Shown piece by piece: positions 19,369 to 27,800 of a stretch of 64,000 bases of DNA (its first letter is position 1; every line of letters begins with the position of its first letter). The notes below the pieces were generated by a model. That model was not told where the DNA came from. It did no database searches and saw only the letters and a list, made by a program, of their open reading frames with translations. Position numbers and translations under genes: made by a program. Source of the stretch: Bacteroidota bacterium (lineage in GTDB: Bacteria; Bacteroidota; Bacteroidia; J057; JAJTIE01); assembly GCA_021300195.1 (NCBI GenBank), contig JAJTIE010000018.1, positions 14,524-78,523 on the forward strand, read 5' to 3'.

Positions 19369-20226
19369 ATGCGTGCGAAGCTGAAGTGGATAGCTGTATA
19401 CCTATGCGTACTGCTGCCAAGCATGCCTGCCTGGTGCCAGCCTGGTGTGCTAAATGCACTGGACCTGGCGCAGGGCCACTGGGAGATGGCAGCGGTGCGC
19501 CTGCACAACTACAAACAGCTGCCCCTGCAGGAAGAGCTAGGCACTTTTCTGGTACAGGACCCGCAGGTGCTGGCCCAGATGCAGGTGGCCTGGAAGCAGC
19601 AGCCCTTTTACGAAGACTACTGCGACTACCACTACGCCCTGAAGTTTTACCGAGACCGGCAGCTGGTGAAAACCCTGCTGCTGAACCTGGACTGCGGGTA
19701 CATAACCGATGGGCAGTTAAGTTACCGTTTCGCGCCCGAGCAGTTGGTGCGGTTCCGGGCACACTTTGTGCGGGTACCCTGGAGCCATATTCGCTTTACA
19801 GACCTGAAGCTGATGCGCAAGGCGATAGACAAAATAGCCGCCCAGCCCAACTATTATTTCTACAGCGAAACCACCCCCTACCACTACGATGGCTGCTTTG
19901 TGCTGAAAACCACCCGCCATACCTGGGACGAAAAGCTGGACAGCATACAAGACGTACTGCGAGCTCACATAGCCCACTATGCGGGTCGAAACGATTTTTA
20001 TATACAGAGTAAGCTCCTGTTTGCTGACGATGCGGGGCGGATAAGCTACCGGCACGATGTATACTGCAACAAGGGCCTGGCAGCCCGCTACCTGGCCCAG
20101 GATGAGCGCAACCTGGTGTGCGGCTGGCAAAGCCACTTTGAACTAGTGGGCGAGGCCCAACCCAGCCTGGGCCTGGTGGTGGTGGGCATAAATGAAGCAG
20201 GCTACAAACAATTAATGCGCCCATAA
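19369..20226 (+). CDS. Hypothetical secreted protein
   Basis: Signal peptide MRAKLKWIAVYLCVLLPSMPAWC. Coding-like composition; no family recognised. Confidence 0.5.
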   Translation: MRAKLKWIAVYLCVLLPSMPAWCQPGVLNALDLAQGHWEMAAVRLHNYKQLPLQEELGTFLVQDPQVLAQMQVAWKQQPFYEDYCDYHYALKFYRDRQLVKTLLLNLDCGYITDGQLSYRFAPEQLVRFRAHFVRVPWSHIRFTDLKLMRKAIDKIAAQPNYYFYSETTPYHYDGCFVLKTTRHTWDEKLDSIQDVLRAHIAHYAGRNDFYIQSKLLFADDAGRISYRHDVYCNKGLAARYLAQDERNLVCGWQSHFELVGEAQPSLGLVVVGINEAGYKQLMRP

Positions 20227-20269
20227 TGCGTTTTTCCTTCCGGCGCCAATAAGGCGGCAACGTCTTTTT

Positions 20270-22900
20270 TGCCAAATTTCCGCCCTGAAACTCCGTAGAA
20301 GCATATACTACCTCCTGCTGGCACCAGCCCTGCTGTGCCACCTGCCCGTGCTGGGCCAGGATGCGCAGCCGCGCTACCGGGTTACAGGCCGGGTGGTAGA
20401 TGCCGCCTTTGGCAACCCGCTGGAGCTGGCCACTGTGCAGGTAGACAGCCTGCGCATAGGCGGAAACAGCAACCTGGACGGCGAATGGAGCCTGCTGCTG
20501 CCACCCGGCCAGTGGCAGGTGCGGGCCCTACAGCTGGGCTACCTGGATGCCAGCATCACCGTAGTGGTGCAGGTTGCAGACGTGAACGGCCTGGAAATCC
20601 GGATGGCACCCCGAGACCAACTGGACCTGGAGACCATTACCGTATCGGGCAAGGAAAGCCCGGCCAACCGAATCATCAAGAACGCCACCCGCAACCGAGA
20701 CGAAAACCGGCTGGAGGGCATGCAGGCGTATGAGTATGAGAGCTACAATAAAACCACCCTCACGCTGGACAACATAAGCCGGGAAAAGGCTGAGAACAGC
20801 CTGCTACTGCGCCCGGCGCGGGGATATATACGCGAACACGCGCGGGATACGGCCATGCTGGACACCACAGGCAGGTTCAAGGTAGGGGTATTCGTAAACG
20901 AAACCATCAGCCGGGTATACGAGCGAGCAGGCCGCCCACGCAAGGAATACATCATTGCCACCAAGGGCAGTGGCTTTGAAAGTGCTGAAACCGGCCTGGT
21001 AAATGCCCTGCTGGTAAATGCCGACTTCTACAACAGCTATGTTACCATCCTGGAGCGCGAGTTTCTCAGCCCCATTGCACCCGGTGCCTTCATGAACTAC
21101 CGCTTCTACTGGACAGATACGGTGGTGGAAGCCAACAGCCCCGATACCCTGTACGGCATACAGATTGTGCCCAAGCGGCCATATGACCGGGTATTCAAAG
21201 GCTGGATCTACATACAGGGAGGCAGCTGGGCCATCCGCAGGATAGATGTAAGCATGAACGCAGACCCGAACATCAACTTTATCGAAGACATCCGCATCAA
21301 GCAAGAGTTTGCCGAGATAAACGGCCGCTGGGTACCCACCCTAAAGGACATACAGATAGACTTTAAGAACAACGAAGACAGAGTGGGCTTTCTGGGCCGC
21401 AGCATCACCTTCAACAAGGACTTTGTGCTGAACCAGCCCAAGGAAGATGCTTTTTATGAGGGGGTTACGCTCGTTCTATCCGACAGCGCTACCACGCGCG
21501 ACTCCACCTACTGGGTAGATAGCCGGCAGAGCCCCCTGGAGCGCAGCGACCAACTGGCCTACGGACTGGTAGACCACATCCAGGCCCTGCCCATCTGGAA
21601 AATAATCAAGATTACCCAAGAGTTTTTTGCCACCGGCAAAAAACGGGTGGGTGTGGTAAACATCGGGCCCTACAGCAAGGTAGTGGGCTTCAACCAGGTA
21701 GAGGGCCTGCGTACCCAGCTAGGGGTGTATAGCAACGACCGGCTGAGCGATCGCTTCAGCTTTGGTACCCGGGGGGCATACGGCTTTGACGACCAGCGCT
21801 GGAAATACGGTGGCGAGGTCATGTATCGCTTCAAGCGACTGCCAGACATCCGGGCGGGCATCTCGTACTACAACGACATCGAACAGATTGGCATAGCCAA
21901 CTACGAACTGGATGGCACCGGCCTGCTGAATAGTGTGCTGCAGTACCGGCCCCTTACACAGCTAAACTATTACCGAGAATTCAAGGGCTTCTTCCAGGCC
22001 GATGTGTCCAATGGGCTGAATGCCAAGCTACAATACCGGCAGAAGTTCATTGAGCCCGCCTTCCCGATTTTTTTCCAGGAAGCAGGAAAACCTATCCGCA
22101 GCGACTACCAGGTGGCAGAGGTGGGCACCATCTTCCGCATCAGCATCAAAGAAGATTTTGTGATAAAGAAAACGGGTAAGGTGTACACAAAATCCAAGTA
22201 TCCCATCACGTACCTGGAGTACTACCAGGGCTTCCGTGGCCTGGCGGGCGGAGAATGGGACTACCAGAAGGCACAGATAACAGTAAGCGACAAGCTGGAA
22301 ATGGGCCGCTTTGGCTGGCTGAGCTACACCCTATCTGCCGGACGCATTTATGGCAACCTGCCCTACCCCAGCCTGTATGTATACCAGGGTAGCCAGAGCC
22401 TGGCCATGTATGTACTGGGGGGCCAGCAGGATGTGCTGCGCTCCTTCCTGGGGGTTACCAACCGCACAGCCTTCTACCAGAGTGTGAACTTCAACCTCAT
22501 GTACTTCTACGAGTTTGTGGCAGACCAGTATACGGTAGCCGGTTTTGACTACCACCTGGAGGGCTATCTCTTCAACAAACTGCCTCTGCTGCGCTGGGTG
22601 CTGAACAAGCTGGACTGGAAAGAGGTGATAACCCTGCGCCTGGCCAGTGGCAGCATAAGCAAGGAAAACCGCCAGCTGAACAGCCCGCCCGGAGCCAAAG
22701 AGGACCCCGAGCAGATTACCATAAAAGCCCCGGACAAAGTGCCGTACATAGAGTACGGCGTAGGAATTGAAAACATTTTCAAACTACTGCGCGTAGACTA
22801 CGTTCGTAGACTAAACTATCTAAACCCGGATACCCCCAAAAGTTTGGAAAACTTCAACCTGAACTGGGGGTTGCGCTTTAGCCTGAACTTTACCTTCTGA
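20270..22900 (+). CDS. CarboxypepD_reg-like / DUF5686-type outer-membrane protein
   Basis: The N-terminal YRVTGRVVDAAFGNPLELATVQV resembles a carboxypeptidase-regulatory-like domain, followed by a large beta-rich C-terminus ending in F. The frame is open upstream of the track GTG (20348). A TTG at 20270 would add the signal peptide PNFALKLRRSIYYLLLAPALLCHLPVLGQ. Confidence 0.65.
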   Translation, partial: CQISALKLRRSIYYLLLAPALLCHLPVLGQDAQPRYRVTGRVVDAAFGNPLELATVQVDSLRIGGNSNLDGEWSLLLPPGQWQVRALQLGYLDASITVVVQVADVNGLEIRMAPRDQLDLETITVSGKESPANRIIKNATRNRDENRLEGMQAYEYESYNKTTLTLDNISREKAENSLLLRPARGYIREHARDTAMLDTTGRFKVGVFVNETISRVYERAGRPRKEYIIATKGSGFESAETGLVNALLVNADFYNSYVTILEREFLSPIAPGAFMNYRFYWTDTVVEANSPDTLYGIQIVPKRPYDRVFKGWIYIQGGSWAIRRIDVSMNADPNINFIEDIRIKQEFAEINGRWVPTLKDIQIDFKNNEDRVGFLGRSITFNKDFVLNQPKEDAFYEGVTLVLSDSATTRDSTYWVDSRQSPLERSDQLAYGLVDHIQALPIWKIIKITQEFFATGKKRVGVVNIGPYSKVVGFNQVEGLRTQLGVYSNDRLSDRFSFGTRGAYGFDDQRWKYGGEVMYRFKRLPDIRAGISYYNDIEQIGIANYELDGTGLLNSVLQYRPLTQLNYYREFKGFFQADVSNGLNAKLQYRQKFIEPAFPIFFQEAGKPIRSDYQVAEVGTIFRISIKEDFVIKKTGKVYTKSKYPITYLEYYQGFRGLAGGEWDYQKAQITVSDKLEMGRFGWLSYTLSAGRIYGNLPYPSLYVYQGSQSLAMYVLGGQQDVLRSFLGVTNRTAFYQSVNFNLMYFYEFVADQYTVAGFDYHLEGYLFNKLPLLRWVLNKLDWKEVITLRLASGSISKENRQLNSPPGAKEDPEQITIKAPDKVPYIEYGVGIENIFKLLRVDYVRRLNYLNPDTPKSLENFNLNWGLRFSLNFTF

Positions 22901-22964
22901 CAGGTATATTCTGATCCAACCGGGTTGGCTGGTTTATTCGTGCAGTAAAAACCACCCGAGCCTA

Positions 22965-23564
22965 ATGGAACACAGCAACCTACTGGAGCAATGGGAGCGA
23001 AAAATCTGGCAAAACATGCCGGAGCCTGCAGCGGGCATGCTGCTGGTGGCCAACCCCTTTATGCAGGACCCAAACTTCCGGCGAATGGTGGTGCTGCTGG
23101 TGGAACATGGGCCGGATGGAAGCTTGGGCTATGTGCTCAACCGTCCGCTGGATGCCTACATACCCCAGCTGGTAGATCAGTTGGATGGCTTTCGTGCACC
23201 GCTGCTATGGGGTGGGCCAGTGGCCCCAGATACGCTGCACTTTCTGCATCGCTATAGCCCAGGCATTAACGGGAGTGAAACCATATGCCCGGGGCTGTGG
23301 TGGTCGGGCAGCTTCGATCAGCTTGTGCAGATGGCCCGGGGCGGCAGGCTGCTGGCAGAGGATTTTCACTTTTACTTGGGCTATTCTGGCTGGGCACCCG
23401 GGCAGCTGCAGCAGGAGCAGGGCCACCGCAGCTGGCTGGTTACACCCGCCACCCGCGAGCTAGCCTGGCTGGAACCAGCCAACTGCTGGGTACAGGTGGT
23501 GCAGCAGATGGGGGGCCCTAGTCGGCTAATGGCACACTTTCCTGCCGATCCCGGCCTGAACTGA
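22965..23564 (+). CDS. YqgE/AlgH family protein (UPF0301)
   Basis: LLVANPFMQDPNFRRMVVLLVEHGPDGSLGYVLNRP is the family signature. Confidence 0.85.
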   Translation: MEHSNLLEQWERKIWQNMPEPAAGMLLVANPFMQDPNFRRMVVLLVEHGPDGSLGYVLNRPLDAYIPQLVDQLDGFRAPLLWGGPVAPDTLHFLHRYSPGINGSETICPGLWWSGSFDQLVQMARGGRLLAEDFHFYLGYSGWAPGQLQQEQGHRSWLVTPATRELAWLEPANCWVQVVQQMGGPSRLMAHFPADPGLN

Positions 23565-23675
23565 AAAACCGGGACAACACGAGCAGCAGCATTCGGGATG
23601 AAAATCGGGGGTTTCGGAACAAAAGTCCGGGCTGACGCGCAGGGCCGTTTTCTTTCTTTCTTTCTCAACACTACT

Positions 23676-23978
23676 ATGATTCATTTGATAACAAGCGACA
23701 TGAACTCTAAACCCAAAATCAAAAGCCTAGGCAAGTATAGACAGTGGGAGCCCATTATCCTGAAAGCTTATGTGGAAGAAACCGGCACCTATACCATACG
23801 CTACAGTATAGGAAACTACCACGGTCAGGAAACACAACGCCTAACGGTGGGGGATGCACTTGTGTTTAGCAACACCCTGCAGCGCAAGGGGGAAATAGCC
23901 CTGAGCGCACTGCTACCTACAGGAGATAGCCTGCAGGATGCGGAAGGCCACACCTACTTTACTGCAGAGGTAGGCTAG
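23676..23978 (+). CDS. Hypothetical small protein (AT-richer orphan)
   Basis: The internal ATG at 23676 gives a 100-aa product. No family was recognised, and the GC content is visibly lower than in the neighbours. Confidence 0.4.
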   Translation: MIHLITSDMNSKPKIKSLGKYRQWEPIILKAYVEETGTYTIRYSIGNYHGQETQRLTVGDALVFSNTLQRKGEIALSALLPTGDSLQDAEGHTYFTAEVG

Positions 23979-23996
23979 CGCCCACCCTGCCACAGG

Positions 23997-24647
23997 CTAG
24001 GCCAGGAACAGTGCCAGCGTGGCAAAAAAGAGAAACTGCATGCCCAGCACCCAGGGGGCCAGCGGGTTTGTGCGTGTGGGCGCCTTGTATTGCCACAGTA
24101 GGCTGAAGAGCAGGGCCAGCACAAACCAGGCCAGGTAGTTCTGTAGCGGGGGGGTGGGTGCCTGCCAGCGCCACATATCCAGGGCAATGGCTACCGGCTC
24201 CATACACACATCCAGCAGCAGCAGTAGCAGGGCCGCTAGCAGGGCACGCCAGGGGGGGGGCACCAGCCGGTGCAGCCTAGGCAGGCTATTGGCTGCCGCC
24301 ACCAGCAGCAGCCAGTTTAGGCCAATAAGCAGGGGCGTGCCCCACAGCTGTATGCCCAGCACCGGGCCATAGGCATAGGCACCAAAAGGAAAATGCGTCT
24401 GCACGCCCAATACCTCCACCCCAAAGCCCAGGCCATACACAGCCAGCGCCACTGGCAGCCAGGCCCTGCCCGGGTGCTGCAAGAAAAAAAGAGCGGATAC
24501 CAGCAGCAGATGGTAGGGCGTCATCCACACAAACAGGGGGCGGCTGTAGGGCCACAGCATGCCGGCTGTACCCACCACATACGTAACCCCAATGATGAGG
24601 CGGGCGGCTGGATAGGAAATGCTAGGAAACAAAGCCAATGGAAACAA
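23997..24647 (-). CDS. Carotenoid-biosynthesis-associated membrane protein (DUF422-like)
   Basis: About 7 TM helices. The pattern GFGVEVLGVQTHFPFGAYAY...GTPLLIGLNW resembles DUF422. Confidence 0.5.
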   Translation of the reverse strand: MFPLALFPSISYPAARLIIGVTYVVGTAGMLWPYSRPLFVWMTPYHLLLVSALFFLQHPGRAWLPVALAVYGLGFGVEVLGVQTHFPFGAYAYGPVLGIQLWGTPLLIGLNWLLLVAAANSLPRLHRLVPPPWRALLAALLLLLLDVCMEPVAIALDMWRWQAPTPPLQNYLAWFVLALLFSLLWQYKAPTRTNPLAPWVLGMQFLFFATLALFLA

Positions 24648-24744
24648 GCGCTTATCGTGTGTAAGATAGAACGAAAGCCGGGAAGAACAGCAGCAGCAAG
24701 ATCGGCAAAAGCAAGATTAGCCCCTAACATTGCCGCCAGGCTAT

Positions 24745-24752
24745 TACCTTTG
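24745..24752 (+). promoter_or_regulatory. Bacteroidota-type -7 promoter box (TAccTTTG) for carB
   Basis: Exact TAnnTTTG match ending 9 nt before the carB ATG at 24762. It supports the internal start. Confidence 0.45.
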
Positions 24753-24761
24753 TCCCCTGTT

Positions 24762-27575
24762 ATGCCCAGAGACACCTCCATCCAATCGGTCCTGATCATC
24801 GGCAGTGGCCCCATCATCATCGGTCAGGCGTGCGAGTTCGACTATTCCGGCACACAGGCCGCGCGTGCCCTGCGCGAGGAAGGCATAGCAGTTAGCCTGA
24901 TCAACAGCAACCCCGCCACCATCATGACCGACCCCATGATGGCAGACCAGGTGTATCTGTGGCCACTCACCCGCAAGAGCATTGTGCGGATACTGGAGGA
25001 GCGCAAGATAGATGCCGTACTGCCCACCATGGGTGGCCAAACAGCCCTGAACCTGTGCATAGAATGCAGCAAGGCTGGAATTTGGGACAAATACGGCGTG
25101 CGCATCATCGGCGTAGACCTGGATGCCATCCACCGGGCCGAAGACCGGGATGTGTTTCGGCGACTGATGGCCGATATTGGTGTGGAAACACCCAAAAGCC
25201 GCGTGGCGCGCAGCTTCCTGGAGGGCAAGGAGGCCGCACAGGAAATCGGCTTCCCACTGGTTATCCGCAGCTCCTACACCCTGGGTGGAACTGGCGGCGG
25301 CTTTGTGCACCGAAAGGAGGACCTGGACAAAGCCCTACGCTATGGCCTGGAGAGCAGCCCTGTGCACGAGGTACTGCTGGAAGAAAGCATTTTTGGATGG
25401 AAGGAGTACGAGCTGGAATTGCTGCGCGATGGCACGGGCAACTTTATTGTCATCTGCACCATCGAGAATTTTGACCCCTGTGGCATCCACACGGGCGACT
25501 CGGTAACCGTGGCACCGGCCCTTACCCTACCCGACACCCAGTATCAGGCCATGCGAGACCAGGCCATACGGGTAATGAACAGCATAGGCACCTTTGCCGG
25601 CGGCTGCAACATCCAGTTTGCCCTCGACCCAGAGTCTGGCCGCATTATTGTGATCGAAATCAACCCCCGTGTAAGCCGCAGCTCGGCCCTGGCCAGCAAG
25701 GCCACGGGCTACCCAATTGCCAAAATTGCTGCCAAGCTAGCCATTGGCTACAACCTGGACGAACTGCACAACCAGATTACCAAAACCACCTCGGCCTGCT
25801 TTGAGCCCAGCATAGACTATGTGGTAACCAAAATTCCACGCTGGAACTTCGAGAAATTTCAGGGTGCCAGCCGGGCCCTGGGCCTCACCATGAAAAGCGT
25901 GGGCGAGGTGATGGGCATTGGCCGAACCTTTGCCGAAAGCATACAAAAAGCCGCCCAGAGCCTGGAGATAAAGCGCAACGGACTGGGGGCAGATGGACGC
26001 GAACTGCGGAAAACCGAGCGCCTGATGGAGAGCCTGGCCAACCCCAGCGCCAATCGCTTATTCCACGTGCACGATGCCATGCAGGCCGGCATCAGCCGAG
26101 ATACGATACAGAAAACTACCCGGATAGACCCCTGGTTTCTGGATCAGGTAAACAGCATTGTACGGATGGAGGAGGAGCTGCGCCAGCACCGGCTGAACAA
26201 CATCCCCACCGAACTGCTGCGGCGGGCTAAGCAGATGGGCTTTGCCGACCGCCAGATAGCCCACCTGATAGACTGCCTGGAAAGCCAGGTGTACAAGCTG
26301 CGCACCGAGATGGGCATAAACCGCGTGTACAAAATGGTGGATACCTGTGCCGCCGAGTTTGAAGCCCAGACGCCCTACTACTACAGCACCTTCGAGGGCG
26401 AAAACGAAAGCCGGGTATCAAACAAAAAGAAAATCGTAATCCTGGGTAGCGGGCCCAACCGGATAGGCCAGGGCATTGAGTTTGACTACTGCTGTGTGCA
26501 TGGCCTCCAGGCCGTAAAGGAGGCCGGCTACGAGGCCATTATGGTAAACTGCAACCCCGAAACCGTAAGTACCGACTTTGACATAGCCGACAAGCTGTAC
26601 TTCGAGCCTGTATTCTGGGAGCATGTGTACGACATCATCCAGCACGAAAAGCCCGAGGGCGTGATCGTACAACTGGGCGGCCAAACAGCCCTGAAGCTGG
26701 CCGAAAAACTGACCAAATACGGCATACCCATCATAGGCAGCAGCTTTGACAGCATAGACCTGGCCGAGGACCGTGGCCGCTTCAGCACCCTGCTGCGCGA
26801 CCTGGAGATACCCTACCCCGTGTTTGGCGTGGCACGCAGCGCACAAGAGGCCCTGGACCTGGTGAAAGACATTGGCTACCCCGTGCTGGTGCGCCCCAGC
26901 TACGTGCTGGGAGGCCAGCGCATGCGCATCGTCATCAACGACGAGGAGCTGGAAAGCCATGTAATAAAGGTGCTGCGCGAAATGCCCGGAAACCAGGTGC
27001 TGATAGACCGATTTCTGGAAGGCGCTGCCGAGGCCGAGGCCGATGCCCTGGCCGACGGGGAACAGGTGCACGTAATGGGCATCATGCAGCACATAGAGCC
27101 CGCCGGCATACACAGCGGAGACAGCACCGCCGTGCTGCCCCCCTTCGACCTGGGCGACCTGACCCTGAAAACAATAGAAGACTATACCATACGGATTGCC
27201 AAGGCACTGAACGTGAAGGGCCTCATCAATGTGCAATTTGCCATCCACAAGGGTAAGGTGTATGTGATAGAGGCAAACCCGCGTGCCAGCCGTAGTATGC
27301 CCTTTATCTGCAAGGCCTACCAGAAGCCCTACCTGAACTATGCCACCAAAGTAATGATGGGCACCCACCGGGTATCCGACTTTGACCTAACCCCCATCCG
27401 TACCGGCTACGCCATCAAGGTGCCGGTCTTTAGCTTCAGCAAGTTTCCCAACGTGAACAAGGAGCTGGGGCCAGAAATGAAAAGCACGGGCGAGGAAATC
27501 CGCTACATAGATGACCTGATGGACGAATACTTCCTGCAGGTGTACAGCGAACGCAACCTCTACCTCAGCCGCTAG
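24762..27575 (+). CDS. carB: Carbamoyl-phosphate synthase large subunit
   Basis: MPRDTSIQSVLIIGSGPIIIGQACEFDYSGTQA is the canonical CarB N-terminus. Two ATP-grasp halves and a C-terminal MGS-like domain follow. The 123 upstream codons of the track ORF are antisense shadow over the neighbouring membrane-protein gene. Confidence 0.97.
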   Translation: MPRDTSIQSVLIIGSGPIIIGQACEFDYSGTQAARALREEGIAVSLINSNPATIMTDPMMADQVYLWPLTRKSIVRILEERKIDAVLPTMGGQTALNLCIECSKAGIWDKYGVRIIGVDLDAIHRAEDRDVFRRLMADIGVETPKSRVARSFLEGKEAAQEIGFPLVIRSSYTLGGTGGGFVHRKEDLDKALRYGLESSPVHEVLLEESIFGWKEYELELLRDGTGNFIVICTIENFDPCGIHTGDSVTVAPALTLPDTQYQAMRDQAIRVMNSIGTFAGGCNIQFALDPESGRIIVIEINPRVSRSSALASKATGYPIAKIAAKLAIGYNLDELHNQITKTTSACFEPSIDYVVTKIPRWNFEKFQGASRALGLTMKSVGEVMGIGRTFAESIQKAAQSLEIKRNGLGADGRELRKTERLMESLANPSANRLFHVHDAMQAGISRDTIQKTTRIDPWFLDQVNSIVRMEEELRQHRLNNIPTELLRRAKQMGFADRQIAHLIDCLESQVYKLRTEMGINRVYKMVDTCAAEFEAQTPYYYSTFEGENESRVSNKKKIVILGSGPNRIGQGIEFDYCCVHGLQAVKEAGYEAIMVNCNPETVSTDFDIADKLYFEPVFWEHVYDIIQHEKPEGVIVQLGGQTALKLAEKLTKYGIPIIGSSFDSIDLAEDRGRFSTLLRDLEIPYPVFGVARSAQEALDLVKDIGYPVLVRPSYVLGGQRMRIVINDEELESHVIKVLREMPGNQVLIDRFLEGAAEAEADALADGEQVHVMGIMQHIEPAGIHSGDSTAVLPPFDLGDLTLKTIEDYTIRIAKALNVKGLINVQFAIHKGKVYVIEANPRASRSMPFICKAYQKPYLNYATKVMMGTHRVSDFDLTPIRTGYAIKVPVFSFSKFPNVNKELGPEMKSTGEEIRYIDDLMDEYFLQVYSERNLYLSR

Positions 27576-27765
27576 GCACTACCCCTGCGGGGATTTTCGC
27601 GAATAAGTATATTTAGAGAGCAACAGATGCCTCTCGCGGTACGGCCCTGGCAGCCTGCCCTGGCGGGGCAGCAGGCGGGGCAAGGCCACAGTGCCTTTGC
27701 TACTTTTCTTTTGCTCCTCGGCTAGCCTTAGGGCCAGGGGACCAGTACCTACTCAGCAGCACGGG

Positions 27766-27795
27766 GTACGCACCCACTGTTTTGTGCGTACTTTT
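27766..27795 (+). other. 8-bp stem hairpin plus T-run immediately before the R-M start codon
   Basis: GTACGCAC (27766-27773) pairs with GTGCGTAC (27784-27791) across a 10-nt loop, followed by TTTT. The 3' arm overlaps a near-consensus -7 box, TActTTTa. Its function is ambiguous: a terminator-like insulator or a promoter element. Confidence 0.3.
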
Positions 27796-27800
27796 AAGCC

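Noticed and set aside
24393-24761. 123-codon N-terminal extension of carB in the track ORF
   Set aside because: The canonical CarB N-terminus begins at the ATG at 24762. A TAccTTTG box sits inside the extension. The extension also overlaps the minus-strand membrane-protein gene.
27583-27600. CCCCTGCGGGG followed by ATTTT just after the carB stop as an intrinsic terminator
   Set aside because: It has only a 4-bp stem with a 3-nt loop, which is too weak to call on sequence alone. It is noted as possible but not reported as a feature.
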